Assembly: GCA_963666565.1 (NCBI GenBank) | Contig: OY762911.1 | Span: forward strand, 4,384,011 to 4,448,010 | DNA: 64,000 nucleotides | From: Thermoanaerobaculia bacterium | GTDB lineage: Bacteria; Acidobacteriota; Thermoanaerobaculia; Multivoradales; Multivoraceae | Direction of reading: 5' to 3' | Shown here: piece after piece, positions 1 to 9,892 of the stretch | Numbering within the stretch: position 1 is the stretch's first letter | Layout of the letters: each line of letters starts with the position of its first letter | Program-made: the position numbers and the translations under genes | Notes under the pieces: model-generated | Told to the model about the DNA's origin: nothing | What the model saw: only the letters and a program-made list of their open reading frames with translations | The model's database searches: none

Positions 1-1254
1 AAGTTCACGGGCGACGCCAAGAAGCGGATGCAGGAACGCGAGCTGCAGATCCGCGACGGGCTGTCGAACCGCGACGAGGGAGCCGGCGCCGTCATCAACA
101 CGAACAGCATCCGCACGTTCTTCACGCCGCTCGCGGATCAGTTGCTGCGAGAGGAGCGCAGCGTAATCGCCAAGGTGCTCCCGGCGACCGCCTGCATTGG
201 CGCCTCCGGGGAATCGGAGCGGCGCTTCCTTGCCGAGCGCTTCCACATCGAGCGCATCATCACCTCGCACGACCCGAAGCGCATCAACTTCTCCGAGAAC
301 ACGGGCATCCACGAGTCCTTGCTCATCTGTCGACGGCGGAACGGCAGCACGGACGCCGCGCCGACCGAGTTCGTGTCGCTCCGTCGTATGCCGGCTTCGG
401 CCAAGGAAGCGATCAAAGCGGCGGACGCCATCGCGGCCGGCAGCGAGGCCTGGGGCAGCCGGACCTTCTGGCCCGCAGAACGAATCCAAGCCGGCGACTG
501 GACGCCGGTCCAATGGTACGACGGCTCCTTGGCCGAAGCGGTCAGGCAGATCGAGGACTCGCCCCAACTCGAACCGCTGTCGGCGCGCCACGACGTAGGG
601 CCGGCAGCTCAGCGGATCCGCGACGCCTTTCGGCAGTGCGACCCCAGCGCCGCTGGCGCTGTACCCGGTTTCCACTCCGTGAGCAGTCAAGTGCACCGGA
701 CAATTCGAGGTAAGCACGATGTCTGGTACGAACCGAAGCCCGGCAAGGCCAGTCTGGCCGCCAAGTACCTGGCGCGTCGGAATCGCCTGCTTCTCCCCAT
801 GCGATTCCGAACCACCAACGGCCGGCTCACGGCACTCTGGACCCCAACACCCTCATTCGGGACCTGGGTTCCCGCCGCGACCGAGAACGAACGCATCGCC
901 AAGGCGCTTGCCGTCTGGTGTAACTCCACACCGGTGCGCCTGATGCTCCTGAATCGACGTTCCCGCACCCTCACATACCCAGCGTGGTCGCTGGAACATC
1001 TGCGCGAGATCGGCATACCCAAACCCGACAGCTTCGCCTGGAACGCCCTCGCCGCCGCCTACGCCAAGGCTTCCGACGAAGAACTTCTGCCAATGAGCCA
1101 AGCGGACGTATGCCCGGCGCGTAGAATCCTCGACCGCGCCGCCGCTCTCGCGCTCGAAGTCGACGAAGCGGAAATCGCCGACTGGCGACGAAGACTCGCT
1201 AGAGAGCCAACCGTCAGCAACGAGCCGGCAGACAGATCGGGAGGCGATGGGTGA
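1..1254 (+). CDS. C-terminal part of a large restriction-modification-type DNA methyltransferase-like protein (5' end outside the window)
   Basis: Frame 1 is open from base 1 (KFTGDAKKRMQERE..) to TGA 1252-1254. The stretch ACIGASGESERRFLAERFHIERIITSHDPKRINFSENTGIHESLLICRR resembles, from memory, the region after the catalytic core of type IIG/BREX-like N6-methyltransferases. No catalytic motif lies inside the window, so this is a family-level guess. Confidence 0.35.
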   Translation, partial: KFTGDAKKRMQERELQIRDGLSNRDEGAGAVINTNSIRTFFTPLADQLLREERSVIAKVLPATACIGASGESERRFLAERFHIERIITSHDPKRINFSENTGIHESLLICRRRNGSTDAAPTEFVSLRRMPASAKEAIKAADAIAAGSEAWGSRTFWPAERIQAGDWTPVQWYDGSLAEAVRQIEDSPQLEPLSARHDVGPAAQRIRDAFRQCDPSAAGAVPGFHSVSSQVHRTIRGKHDVWYEPKPGKASLAAKYLARRNRLLLPMRFRTTNGRLTALWTPTPSFGTWVPAATENERIAKALAVWCNSTPVRLMLLNRRSRTLTYPAWSLEHLREIGIPKPDSFAWNALAAAYAKASDEELLPMSQADVCPARRILDRAAALALEVDEAEIADWRRRLAREPTVSNEPADRSGGDG

Positions 1255-1610
1255 CCGAGATCGTCTTCGCGGGTCACAGAAGACGGGGTGGACGGTGGGT
1301 ACCCAGCCAGTGCGCTCAGGCACGGCATCCACAACGAAGGCGACTCCGTCGAAGATCTCCGCAGGAACGTCAAGGAGGCCGTCGATTGCTCCTTCGATGA
1401 CATCATGCCGCAGCCCAAGCTGATCCGTTTGCACTCCGTTTGGGCCGAGGTGCTCATGGCGCGAAAGCTGCCCCGCGCCTTTGGCGGCGCAGCGCTGCAA
1501 GCGGCGTTCCGGCGGCTGGACTGCGCATTCGCGGTAGCTGGGACGACCCTGCCGACAGGCACCAAGGCGCACTCACCGTTCCGGCCCGCGGGACACAGTA
1601 CCGACCATGA
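1251..1610 (+). pseudogene. degraded HicB-like antitoxin / HicA-like toxin pair
   Basis: GTG 1251 gives VTEIVFA (frame 3). It continues only after a 1-nt slip at GGG 1271-1273, as VTEDGVDGGYPASALRHGIHNEGDSVEDLRRNVKEAVDCSFDD..PKLIRLHSVWAEVL (frame 1), the pattern of small HicB-type antitoxins. This runs without a stop into MARKLPRAFGG..RRLDCAF (HicA-like N-terminus). The continuation GSWDDPADRHQGALTVPARG is in another frame and stops at TGA 1608-1610. Confidence 0.4.
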
Positions 1611-3320
1611 CCAACCTGCTAACAGTCCCTGACAAGGCCGGACGCGCCATCGTCGAAGACGGGGCCATGCTCGCCTGTCCACTGCTGGCCACCGACAGCT
1701 TCATACGGTCCTGCGCCCATCGGGGCCTGGCGATTGACCGCCACCGCCTCCTTCGTCTGGAACGGCTAGGTTTCTTCGCTCCCGTGTTCCGAGTGAGGAC
1801 CCCTCGGAAGGACGCCGCCCTCTTCGATATCCCACCAAGGAAGGGCAACAACTGGTTCACCAAGAGATGGGCGTACGATACGACTGCGGTACCTCGGCGC
1901 CATGACGTGCCGTCAGACACCGATCGGACCTGCGAAGGCTACTACTCCGTCTTTCACGTCGACTACCTCCACCTCGTGTTGGCCGAACTAAGCCCGCAGA
2001 TCCAGCTCGACGCGCACCTTGACCGGAAACCAGGCGAGCCGACCGACTGGCAGAAGGCGGGCGACCGCTGGATGCAACACGCCGAAAACAGCGCCGCAAG
2101 CCTGCGCGATCATCAGTACCGCCGTGCAGTCGCCCTGCTCTGCCAGCACGTATCGAACCGGTACTTCCCTCAAACTCAGACCGACATGCGCACTCTGCAG
2201 ATTCGCCGAGTCTGTTGCTCCGACGCTTGGATCGCGGTCGATGGCCGTGACTGGGACTGGCATCGGGAAGTGCGGAGTTGGGATCCGAAGAGGATCCAGA
2301 ACCTCTACGGCCTTACTCCGCAGAAGCTGCGCCACGCATACAGGGGTCCAGTTGCGATCCAATAGAGCATTGGTATCAACTCATTCAGTTCATCTCCGTC
2401 CATGAGCGCGGGAAGCTCAAGGGTGCCGCTCGCCGCGCGGCTACCGTCCGCGAAGGCGCCCAAATGCTGCGCCTCCTGTACACCGATCTATACGGGAAGG
2501 ACCTCCCGCACCCCAACGAGGTTTCCAGGACCATCATCACTCCCTTACCCGAGGTAGAAGTCCGGAAGGACACGCGCCGGCATCTGGAATTCGTCGCCAA
2601 CCGTTTTGGAGTGAATCCCCAACCTCGACTCTGCCTCCTCGTCGAAGGTGCGAGCGAGCAAGCTGCCGTGACACGCATATTCGAGGCGTGCTACGGCGCA
2701 CATCCCGGCCGATACGGCATCGAGATCATCCCGTTGGGCGGCGTGAGCGTCGCCACCGGAAACAGGAAGGACGACCGCTTCAGCGCCGTCATCCGTCTAG
2801 TCGACTATCTGCACCATCACCAGACCTTTGCGCTCCTCATTCTTGACAACGAGGGCTATGCCATGCGAGGAAACTGGAGAAGGCGCTGCGGGATAGAAGG
2901 TCGATTCACGGCGACCGGCGATACGTGACCCGGCGCGACTACATCCGACTCTGGAAAGAGTCCTTCGAGTTCGACAACTTCTCCTGCACGGAGATCGCCG
3001 CCGCGCTCACGAAGCTGGCGTCGGGCACTGCGACGTTCGACGTAAGGGACGTTGCCGGTGCGCGGAGAGCGAGCCATCCTGGATCGGCGCTCAAGGCCTT
3101 GTACCTGAGGAAGGCCAACGACGAACTGGACAAGGTCCGCTTGGCCGAGGCGCTCGTCGACATCATGATGTCACCGCGATCCCGTCGAAAAACCGAGAAC
3201 CGCCCCATCGTCAAGGTCCTGGATCGAGTCCAACGCCTCGCGGCCCGAAACCACCTGCCGACGACGCAGCGCGACCGGGACGCCAACCAGGTGTCCGCGT
3301 TTCTCGACAGCACGCGCTGA
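1607..3320 (+). pseudogene. frameshifted gene for a ~570-aa protein with a Toprim/OLD-like (DUF4435-like) segment
   Basis: ORFs 1607-2365 (frame 2), 2278-2928 (frame 1) and 2925-3320 (frame 3) read as one protein if 1 nt is restored at two places. The first is GGGG 2343-2346 (..KLRHAYRG|SSCDPIEHWYQ..). The second is near 2859-2863 (..LILDNEGYA|ARKLEKALRDRRSIHGDRRYVTRRDYIRLWKE..). The middle part CLLVEGASEQAAVTRIF..GIEIIPLGG..ALLILDNEG looks like a Toprim acidic motif pair. Confidence 0.4.
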
Positions 3321-3605
3321 CCGCAATCCGCTACCGTGCGGGTCTCGCCCGACGGCCTTCGCTCCCTGTCTCGGCAGCAGACCGCCGCGATGTCCGTCGT
3401 GCTGATCTCGTTAGCTCGCACCGTGGTTCACGCGTGGCGCAGATCCCGCCAGTCGCGTTCCCGCCATGAAACTGCCGCGGGCCGCAAGGGGAGGTGCGCC
3501 GCCGGCGACACGATCAACCGGCAACACAGCGACTCCGGTCTGACTGGCGGGCAGCGGAGCCAACGGCATACCTGACGGAGATGAGCGGGATGGTCTTGAC
3601 GCGGG

Positions 3606-3933
3606 TCATTCGAACAAGTCCGCGTGAGTGCCGGCCCCGGGCGAAGTAGACCGAACCGCTAGGGCCGTCCGTGTCGTCGATACGGTAGATCAGCAGGAAG
3701 TCGCCACCGATGTGGCACTCCCGGTAGCGTGCCAACGAGCCCTTGAGCGCGTGGTCCCTGCGTTCGGGAGGGAGCGGAGCGTCACGGGCGATCAGTAGGA
3801 GCATCACCCCTTTCAGCCGCCGCATATCGTAGCGGCCGGAGCGGGAGAGCCGCCGCCAGTCCCTCAGGAACTGTCGCGCGAAGTCGACGCGGCGCGGCAG
3901 TCTGGCCCGCTTACTGGCCGTTGGCTTCTTCAA
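3606..3933 (-). pseudogene. YafQ-family type II toxin (mRNA interferase), frameshifted near the 3' end
   Basis: A TTG start at 3933 overlaps the end of the upstream antitoxin gene. The sequence is RRVDFARQFLRDWRRLSRSGRYDMRRLKGVMLLLIARDAPLPPERRDHALKGSLARYRECHIGGDFLLIYRI. Removing one C from CCCC 3635-3638 restores the family-typical end YFARAGTHADLFE-stop (TGA at 3606-3608). As sequenced, the frame runs on to 3514. Confidence 0.6.
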
Positions 3934-4192
3934 GCTCCGCAAACGCCTCGTCGGCGCTGGCGAACCGCGCGCTGCGGCTCTGCACCATCTCGTCCACATT
4001 TGCCATGGCGCGGCGAGTCTCCGCGTTCGGCACCTTGAGCTCGAGCGGGAAGGCCTGATCGACGGCGATGCGGTGAAACAGCAACCTCACGGCCTCCGAA
4101 GCCGTCAGCCCCATTGCCGTGAGCGCCGCCGTCGCCTTCTGCTTCATCTCGGTGTCCATGCGGACGTGCAGCATCGAACTCTGTGTCGTCAT
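3911..4192 (-). CDS. DinJ/RelB-family type II antitoxin
   Basis: ATG at 4192 is preceded by GGGAGG with a 5-nt spacer. MTTQSSMLHVRMDTEMKQKATAALTAMGLTASEAVRLLFHRIAVDQAFPLELKVPN matches the DinJ ribbon-helix-helix pattern. The gene lies directly upstream of and overlaps the YafQ-like gene. Confidence 0.7.
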   Translation of the reverse strand: MTTQSSMLHVRMDTEMKQKATAALTAMGLTASEAVRLLFHRIAVDQAFPLELKVPNAETRRAMANVDEMVQSRSARFASADEAFAELEEANGQ

Positions 4193-4365
4193 GCGAGCCT
4201 CCCGTCTCTCATTTGCGAGACTACTTTCGCACGCTGTCATGCCGCAGTCAAGCCGATGCCCAGTGCAGAAGAATCGGGGATCATCGCCGGGAATGCGCCT
4301 CGCGGGTCAATTGCGGCAACTCCGCTACACTCCGCCCATCCCACCGTCATCCCGGAGGCCCCAGC

Positions 4366-5442
4366 ATGAGACGCCGAGTCCCCGCAGCCCTGACTGCCGT
4401 CCTCGCCCTGTTGCTCGCCGCGACGGCCCTGACCGCCCAAGGCGAGATCAAGCGCGCCGCCAACGGCAAGCCGGACCTGACCGGCACCTACGACGCCGGC
4501 ACCCTGACGCCGCTCCAGCGGCCCGAGAAGTACGGCGACAACCTTTTCCTGAGCCCCGAGGACGCGGCGAAGATCGAGGCGGACGCGGCCCAGTACGCGG
4601 CCGACCGACATCGGGTTTCCGATCCGAACCGCAAGCCGCCGCCGGTGGGCGGCGACGGGACGACGGGCGGCGCCGGCAACGTCGGCGGCTACAACCGGTT
4701 TTGGGTCGAAACCGGCACCGAGGCCTTCGCGGTCGACGGCAAGTTCCGCACGTCTATCCTCTTCGACCCTCCGAACGGCCGCATGCCGGAGATGACCGAG
4801 GCCGGCAAGGCACGATCCGCCGAGCGCCGCCGGCTGCGCCGGCCGAACGACGGTTCCGCCTGGTGGCTCGACATCGAGGGCCACGGCCCGTACGACGGCC
4901 CCGAGACGCTGCCGGTGACCGAGCGCTGCATCGTCGGCTTCACCGGCGCCACGCCGACGTTCCCGAGTCTCTACAACAACTTCAAGCGCGTGGTCCAGAC
5001 CGAGGATCACGTCATGATCCTGATCGAGATGGTCCACGACGCCCGGATCGTGCGCCTGAACGCCGAGCATCCGAGTCCCGAGGAACGGAAGTGGCTCGGC
5101 CACTCCATCGGCTGGTGGGAAGGCGACTCCCTCGTCATCGACTCGCGGAACTTCCACCCGAAGGCCGTCCTGCGCGGCGCCACCCAGGAATCGCACGTGA
5201 CGGAGCGCCTCACGCTGCAGCCGAACGGCGACATCCTCTACCGGTTCACGATCGAGGATCCGGCGACCTGGGACGTCCCCTGGTCCGGCGAGTACATCTG
5301 GAAGCGGAGCGACGTGGACGTCTACGAGTACGCCTGCCACGAGGGTAACTACTCGATGGGCGGCACCCTGCGCGGCGCGCGGGTGCTCGAAGCCGACGCG
5401 ATGGCCGCCAAGGCCGCGAGCACCGGCGCCGGAAGCGACTAG
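4366..5442 (+). CDS. secreted protein of unknown function (YEYACHEGNY-motif family), paralog 1 of 4
   Basis: GGAGG 4354-4358 precedes ATG 4366. Signal peptide MRRRVPAALTAVLALLLAATALTAQG. Conserved blocks are PDLTGTYD, TERCIVGFTGATPTFPSLYNNFKRVVQTEDHVMILIEMVHDARIVRL, WLGHSIGWWEGDSLVIDS and YEYACHEGNY. The ORF-track start at 4183 is upstream extension only. Confidence 0.75.
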   Translation: MRRRVPAALTAVLALLLAATALTAQGEIKRAANGKPDLTGTYDAGTLTPLQRPEKYGDNLFLSPEDAAKIEADAAQYAADRHRVSDPNRKPPPVGGDGTTGGAGNVGGYNRFWVETGTEAFAVDGKFRTSILFDPPNGRMPEMTEAGKARSAERRRLRRPNDGSAWWLDIEGHGPYDGPETLPVTERCIVGFTGATPTFPSLYNNFKRVVQTEDHVMILIEMVHDARIVRLNAEHPSPEERKWLGHSIGWWEGDSLVIDSRNFHPKAVLRGATQESHVTERLTLQPNGDILYRFTIEDPATWDVPWSGEYIWKRSDVDVYEYACHEGNYSMGGTLRGARVLEADAMAAKAASTGAGSD

Positions 5443-5725
5443 GGCGGCGGCTCCAGCGGCAGGCGCGGATTCGCCCGGCCTCTGCGCTTCATGTGCCGAC
5501 GACGACCTTCTCCAAGGGTGCAGCCCTCACCAGCCGTCGCGAGCGACGCCCGCCCACCGAACTCCAGCGCATCGCCATCAATAGCGGTCAAGGTCTCCAG
5601 CAACTCGTTGCGGCTCCCTTCCTGGCAGTTCACCCACCCGGCACTTCTTGAATCCAGCCGATCCACGAGTCACCGGCCCGTCTGATGATCGCGGTGTCCT
5701 CCTGCAGCCTCTCCTGCTCGTCTCT
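5439..5725 (-). pseudogene. possible remnant of a small HicB-like antitoxin gene
   Basis: One minus-strand frame reads ..RLQEDTAIIRRAGDSWIGWIQEVPGG-stop (stop at 5630-5632). An adjacent frame continues VNCQEGSRNELLETLTAIDGDALEF.. to 5439. Joined at the CCCACCC run 5633-5639, this matches the pattern x-W-I-A/G-x-I-x-E-V-P-G-V-N-x-Q-G of short HicB-type antitoxins. No canonical start codon was found. Confidence 0.25.
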
Positions 5726-6188
5726 CGACGATGTCTGTGATCCGCGGCCGCCCGAAACAACCTGTGCCCGGTAACTCTACTGCCACAGGAGGCCTCAACC
5801 GCCCCCGCCTGTCGCACGCCCACACACCTCCTCTAACGCCCCACGATGGACGCCCGGCCACCCCGGGAGACGCCCTAGTCTGCCGAGCACTTCCAGAGCA
5901 ACCACCCGGAACCTCGCTTCTCGCACCGCGAAGCGCCACAGCGGGCGCAACACTGGCCACCTGTCCAGCCCCACCGCTCGTCTGGACCGGCCCTCCTTAG
6001 CCCGCGCTAGCGAGCCCTCCTAGTCCGTCGCAAAGCTGCAGCGGGGCACTAGAAGAGGTGCCCCGAGTACCTGCTCCGCCTACTCGCCCGTCCGTCCCCG
6101 ACCCTCGTCGCCGCAAAGCGTGCATGACCGTGTATAGTCGCGTACAAGCGTGCAGCTCGACCGACCTAGGACTACTTGGAGGCGCGAA

Positions 6189-6377
6189 GTGTCGACCGGC
6201 CAACGACTCAATACGACGATCGATCCCCAACTCGCGGAGCGCCTCGACCGTGAGACAAGGGGAAGAAATCCGAGACTGCCGAAGCGCTACGTCGTAGAGC
6301 TCGCCCTGAAGAGGCTCTTCGACGACTTGGACAGAGGTCAGCTCCGACTGGACCTAACCGGGGGCGTCCATGGCTGA
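6189..6377 (+). CDS. ribbon-helix-helix (CopG-like) regulator, controller-type gene upstream of the methyltransferase
   Basis: GGAGG 6178-6182 precedes GTG 6189. The sequence is VSTGQRLNTTIDPQLAERLDRETRGRNPRLPKRYVVELALKRLFDDL, a beta-strand followed by two helices as in RHH proteins. The 3' end overlaps the MTase start by 8 nt. Confidence 0.5.
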   Translation: MSTGQRLNTTIDPQLAERLDRETRGRNPRLPKRYVVELALKRLFDDLDRGQLRLDLTGGVHG

Positions 6378-7872
6378 GATGCAGAGCCAGAAGAGACCAG
6401 TCATCTCGTTGTTCAGTGGCGCGATGGGGCTGGACCTGGGTCTCGAATCGGCCGGTCTTGACATCGCTGTCGCATTGGAGAGTAGCTCCTTCCCTGTCGC
6501 CACGATCAAACGGAACAGGCCTTTGCTACCCTTGATCGCCAGCCGCATCGAGACCGTTTCGAGCGAAGAGATCCTGACCGCAGCAGGGTTGGCACCAGGG
6601 GAAGCCTTCGCTGTCGTCGGTGGCCCGTCGTGCCAAGTGTTCAGCACCGCCGGCCGTAGACGGTCTTTCGCTGATCCGCGCAGCACGATGTTCGAGCACT
6701 TCGTCCGCGTGGTGCGTGACGCTCGCCCCGAGTTCCTGGTCATGGAAAACGTGCGCGGTTTGCTTTCTGCTGCAGTCCGCCATCGACCTCTGAAGCAACG
6801 GGGTCCCGGCTATCCCCGGCTGACCGAGGACGAGCTCTTGGGCTCCGCGTTCCGCGTGGTCGCAAGGACGCTTCGCGCTCTTGGCTACTACTGCGTCTTC
6901 GACGTACTCAACGCTGCTGACTACGGTGTGCCTCAGACTCGTCTGCGACTCGTGATCATTGGCAGCCGCGACGGAAGGAGCCTGCGAATGCCGAAACCGA
7001 CGCACAGCGTAGAGGGAACACAAGGCTTGGCGACGTGGAGGACGCTTGGTGAAGCTCTGGAGAACCTGAACGAGGACGATCCAGACTACTATCCATTCTG
7101 CCCTTCCAAGGAACGCTACATGAGGCTCATTCCTGAGGGTGGCAACTGGCGTCAGCTACCAGAAGAACTGAAGCGAGAAGCCCTAGGAAGCGCCTTCTCC
7201 TCATGGGGAGGGCGCTCTGGCTTCTTTCGCCGCCTGTCCCGCGAACGCCCATGCCCAGCACTCACAACGCGGCCCGACAGTAAGGCGACCGTCTTATGCC
7301 ACCCAACCGAACTGCGACCGCTCACCGTAGGCGAGTATGCACGGGTACAACAGTTTCCGGAAGACTGGATCTTCGAAGGGTCTGTCCGGAAGAAGTACGA
7401 GCAGCTCGGCAACGCAGTACCTGTCGGCTTAGGCGCAGCGATCGGAGCGGCATTGGTGGACGCCTCTCGTAGCCAGGTCCGCGAAAGCCGACTCGGTCGT
7501 TTCGAGTCGTTCAACTTGGACCTCCTTGGCAAGCTCTCCAGGCGGCCCAAAACCATCCTGAACCCGCCTCGGATGCGGTCGGACGAGGACCAGAGCGCAA
7601 TCGCGGACTGGCACGGAGATAGCCAGAGGACACGAGAAGACGCCCACGACTACGTCCCGCCTGAACTCGCCAAGCAATTCGACACTCTCACCACTCAGAA
7701 GCCGCGGCGCTCCAGACGAAGTGCTCGCGTCGCTCCCCACTCTTCGCGCCGAACGGAGGCGGGCAGAGCGCAGCGCCGATCTCCTGAAGGAACGCTAGGG
7801 ATCTCCGTCGCCGAACAACGGGGACAATCCACTCAACGAGCTGATCATCATCCTCTCGCAGATGACGACTAG
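6370..7872 (+). CDS. DNA (cytosine-5) methyltransferase
   Basis: Motif I SLFSGAMGLDLG; motif IV GGPSCQVFS (non-canonical Ser before the catalytic Cys); motif VI ENVRGL; motif VIII QTRLRLVIIG; motif IX RPLTVGEYARVQQFPEDW; motif X GNAVPV. The last ~100 codons are low complexity, so the true 3' end is uncertain. Confidence 0.85.
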   Translation: MAEMQSQKRPVISLFSGAMGLDLGLESAGLDIAVALESSSFPVATIKRNRPLLPLIASRIETVSSEEILTAAGLAPGEAFAVVGGPSCQVFSTAGRRRSFADPRSTMFEHFVRVVRDARPEFLVMENVRGLLSAAVRHRPLKQRGPGYPRLTEDELLGSAFRVVARTLRALGYYCVFDVLNAADYGVPQTRLRLVIIGSRDGRSLRMPKPTHSVEGTQGLATWRTLGEALENLNEDDPDYYPFCPSKERYMRLIPEGGNWRQLPEELKREALGSAFSSWGGRSGFFRRLSRERPCPALTTRPDSKATVLCHPTELRPLTVGEYARVQQFPEDWIFEGSVRKKYEQLGNAVPVGLGAAIGAALVDASRSQVRESRLGRFESFNLDLLGKLSRRPKTILNPPRMRSDEDQSAIADWHGDSQRTREDAHDYVPPELAKQFDTLTTQKPRRSRRSARVAPHSSRRTEAGRAQRRSPEGTLGISVAEQRGQSTQRADHHPLADDD

Positions 7873-8116
7873 CCCGAGTTACCTGCGCGTCTATACTCGC
7901 CTCGAGGCCACGATTCCGCACTGACAGGGCCTCGCGGGCACCTCGGTCACGAACCTCCGGTCGTCCATGGCTGACGCCGGCCTGGCCGCGCTCAATGCCC
8001 TTCGACAAAAGCAAATCGCCGAGCCGCTAGTCGATGACTTGGGCCGAGTGTCTCTAGCCAACCCTCGCCCATTGGGACGATGACACCACGCTGCGCTACC
8101 TAACTGATTGAGACCC

Positions 8117-9892
8117 TCATCCAGTCTGTGCCGTTCCCAAGAGGGTAGCCGCTTGGCGTACATCCGCGAGGAACGACTCTCGTGTGATCGGCACCTCGAC
8201 CTGATCCCCAAGCAAGCTCTGTGCGGCCTGTTCCTTCCGGGTCAACAGTTCGTACTCGGCAACCTCAAGCGTCCCGTCGCACAGTATTACCAAGTACTCT
8301 ACCTCCCGTTCCTGCCCCCGGCGGTGGATCCGGTCGAGACTCTGGAGATAATGCGCCGCTTGGTTTGAGAGAGACTCATAGATGGCAACGCGGGCCCGAT
8401 GCAGCGTCAGGCCAGCGCCGGCGGCGGCTGGGTTACCGACGAAGATCATCGTGTCGTCGTCCTCCTGAAAGCGCCGCACCGCGTCTCGCCGTGCCTCGAT
8501 GCCCGTTACCGAACCGTCGTACCTAACGGCGCCATAGCGCGCGAAGCGTCGGCACATCGCGGCGACAGACGCCCGATAGAACGACCATATCACTACCTTC
8601 TCACGTTCGCGGCCGACGAGCTGTCCGAGGAGTTCGTCCAACACCGACAGCTTCGCGGGCGTCTCACAGTAGGTGTCCACCACGCTTCGTGGATTCGAGC
8701 AGATTTGAAGGAGGCTCGCGCGACGCGCCAAGAAACTCGCTCGTCCCGTGACGAAACCCGTGTCGTCTACCGCCTGAACGTCCGCAATCAAGTCATTCAG
8801 TGTCCTGCGATACAGATGAGCCTGTTCCGTCGCCATCGGCACGAGGATGCGTTGGAACCGCTTGATCGGCAGGTCAGGGAGCACGTCTGACTTCAGGTGT
8901 CGGAGAAAGAGCCCACGCTCCTTGATCGCGGATCGCACAACAGGGGCCGCCTGCGCTCGGTCCGCAGGCACGTCAACGCCCTCGAAGCAAAAGCCGAAGT
9001 CGACGAAGCTAAACTGTTGGACGAGGTCGGACGGAGAGTTCGGCGCCGGAGTACCACAGAGCACGTAGGCACGGCCGGCCCATTCCCGCAGGCGCCGGAG
9101 AGTCCGTGTGCGCTTGGCGTCGAGCGACTTGATGAAGAACGACTCGTCGATTGCGAGCACGATCCGCCCAGGTCGTGTGCGCAAGAAGGACCGGAGCTCC
9201 GCTTCCATACTCACCGCCGCCTCGAAGTTGGTCACGAAGATGTCGGAGCCCTCCGCTAGCAACCGACGCCTCTCCCGCTCCGAGCCGGTCAATACTGACG
9301 TACGATAGAGGCCCCTTCGGAATCGGGTCAGGTCTCTGGGCCATTCGCCAATCATGCTCTTCGGCGCAACAATGATCGCCGCGTCGGCTTGGTCCCGCTC
9401 CACGAGCAGGTCGAAGGCAAAGATGAACGTCACCGTCTTGCCGGCTCCCTGCTCGTCAAAGACGCAAAGGCCGGGACTCTGCGGTATAGCCATCGCGGCA
9501 ACGTTCACAATCTGGTGGTCGTCCAAGACTCCATGACCGTCACTGTCCGGGATCATCCGCGCGGCCAGAGCGGCCCCGCCCCGCCGGATCCGATGCAATG
9601 CCTTGAACACGTCAGCATGGACAGACGCGACATGCCGGCGATTCTCGACGAAGCGCCGGGACTCGGAACTCCAGCACAACTCAATCTCCGATCCTAACTC
9701 GGCGAGGCGCCCAACGAGTGGTGCGGGAACGCTGACACCTTCGGCGGAACGCCTGATGCCGACTCCGTCAGTGCCAAGTCCCACCCTAAGCGCCCTCAAG
9801 AGAGCATTCCCCTCACCACGTCCCGGCACCAGGAAGAGGGCATCGAGAGTCTCCGCGCTCCTGACATCGACTCGCAGACGGCTGGGCCGCAT
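8117..9892 (-). CDS. SNF2-family helicase/translocase
   Basis: Motif I DEQGAGKT; motif II DESFFIKS; motif III LCGTPAPNSPSDL; motif V GAGLTLHRA; motif VI QSLDRIHRRGQ. ATG at 9892-9890 overlaps the TGA (9894-9892) of the upstream gene as TGATG, suggesting translational coupling. The ORF-track start at 10033 is inside the upstream gene. Confidence 0.85.
   Translation of the reverse strand: MRPSRLRVDVRSAETLDALFLVPGRGEGNALLRALRVGLGTDGVGIRRSAEGVSVPAPLVGRLAELGSEIELCWSSESRRFVENRRHVASVHADVFKALHRIRRGGAALAARMIPDSDGHGVLDDHQIVNVAAMAIPQSPGLCVFDEQGAGKTVTFIFAFDLLVERDQADAAIIVAPKSMIGEWPRDLTRFRRGLYRTSVLTGSERERRRLLAEGSDIFVTNFEAAVSMEAELRSFLRTRPGRIVLAIDESFFIKSLDAKRTRTLRRLREWAGRAYVLCGTPAPNSPSDLVQQFSFVDFGFCFEGVDVPADRAQAAPVVRSAIKERGLFLRHLKSDVLPDLPIKRFQRILVPMATEQAHLYRRTLNDLIADVQAVDDTGFVTGRASFLARRASLLQICSNPRSVVDTYCETPAKLSVLDELLGQLVGREREKVVIWSFYRASVAAMCRRFARYGAVRYDGSVTGIEARRDAVRRFQEDDDTMIFVGNPAAAGAGLTLHRARVAIYESLSNQAAHYLQSLDRIHRRGQEREVEYLVILCDGTLEVAEYELLTRKEQAAQSLLGDQVEVPITRESFLADVRQAATLLGTAQTG

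Noticed and set aside
5443-6188. Integrase, tRNA or att site at the left edge of the cassette (and 12165-12334 at the right edge).
   Set aside because: Reading all six frames gave no tyrosine or serine recombinase motifs. I found no tRNA-like T-arm (GGTTCGAATCC-type) or cloverleaf. The only coding trace is the weak HicB-like remnant.
7690-7924. Alternative frame-2 reading at the end of the methyltransferase gene (..PDEVLASLPTLRAERRRAERSADLLKER-stop, then ..NPLNELIIILSQMTTSPSYLRVYTRLEATIPH-stop). It looks more protein-like than the annotated low-complexity tail.
   Set aside because: I found no start codon, SD or recognisable motif to support a separate gene or a specific frameshift point. It is noted only as a reason to treat the MTase 3' end as uncertain.
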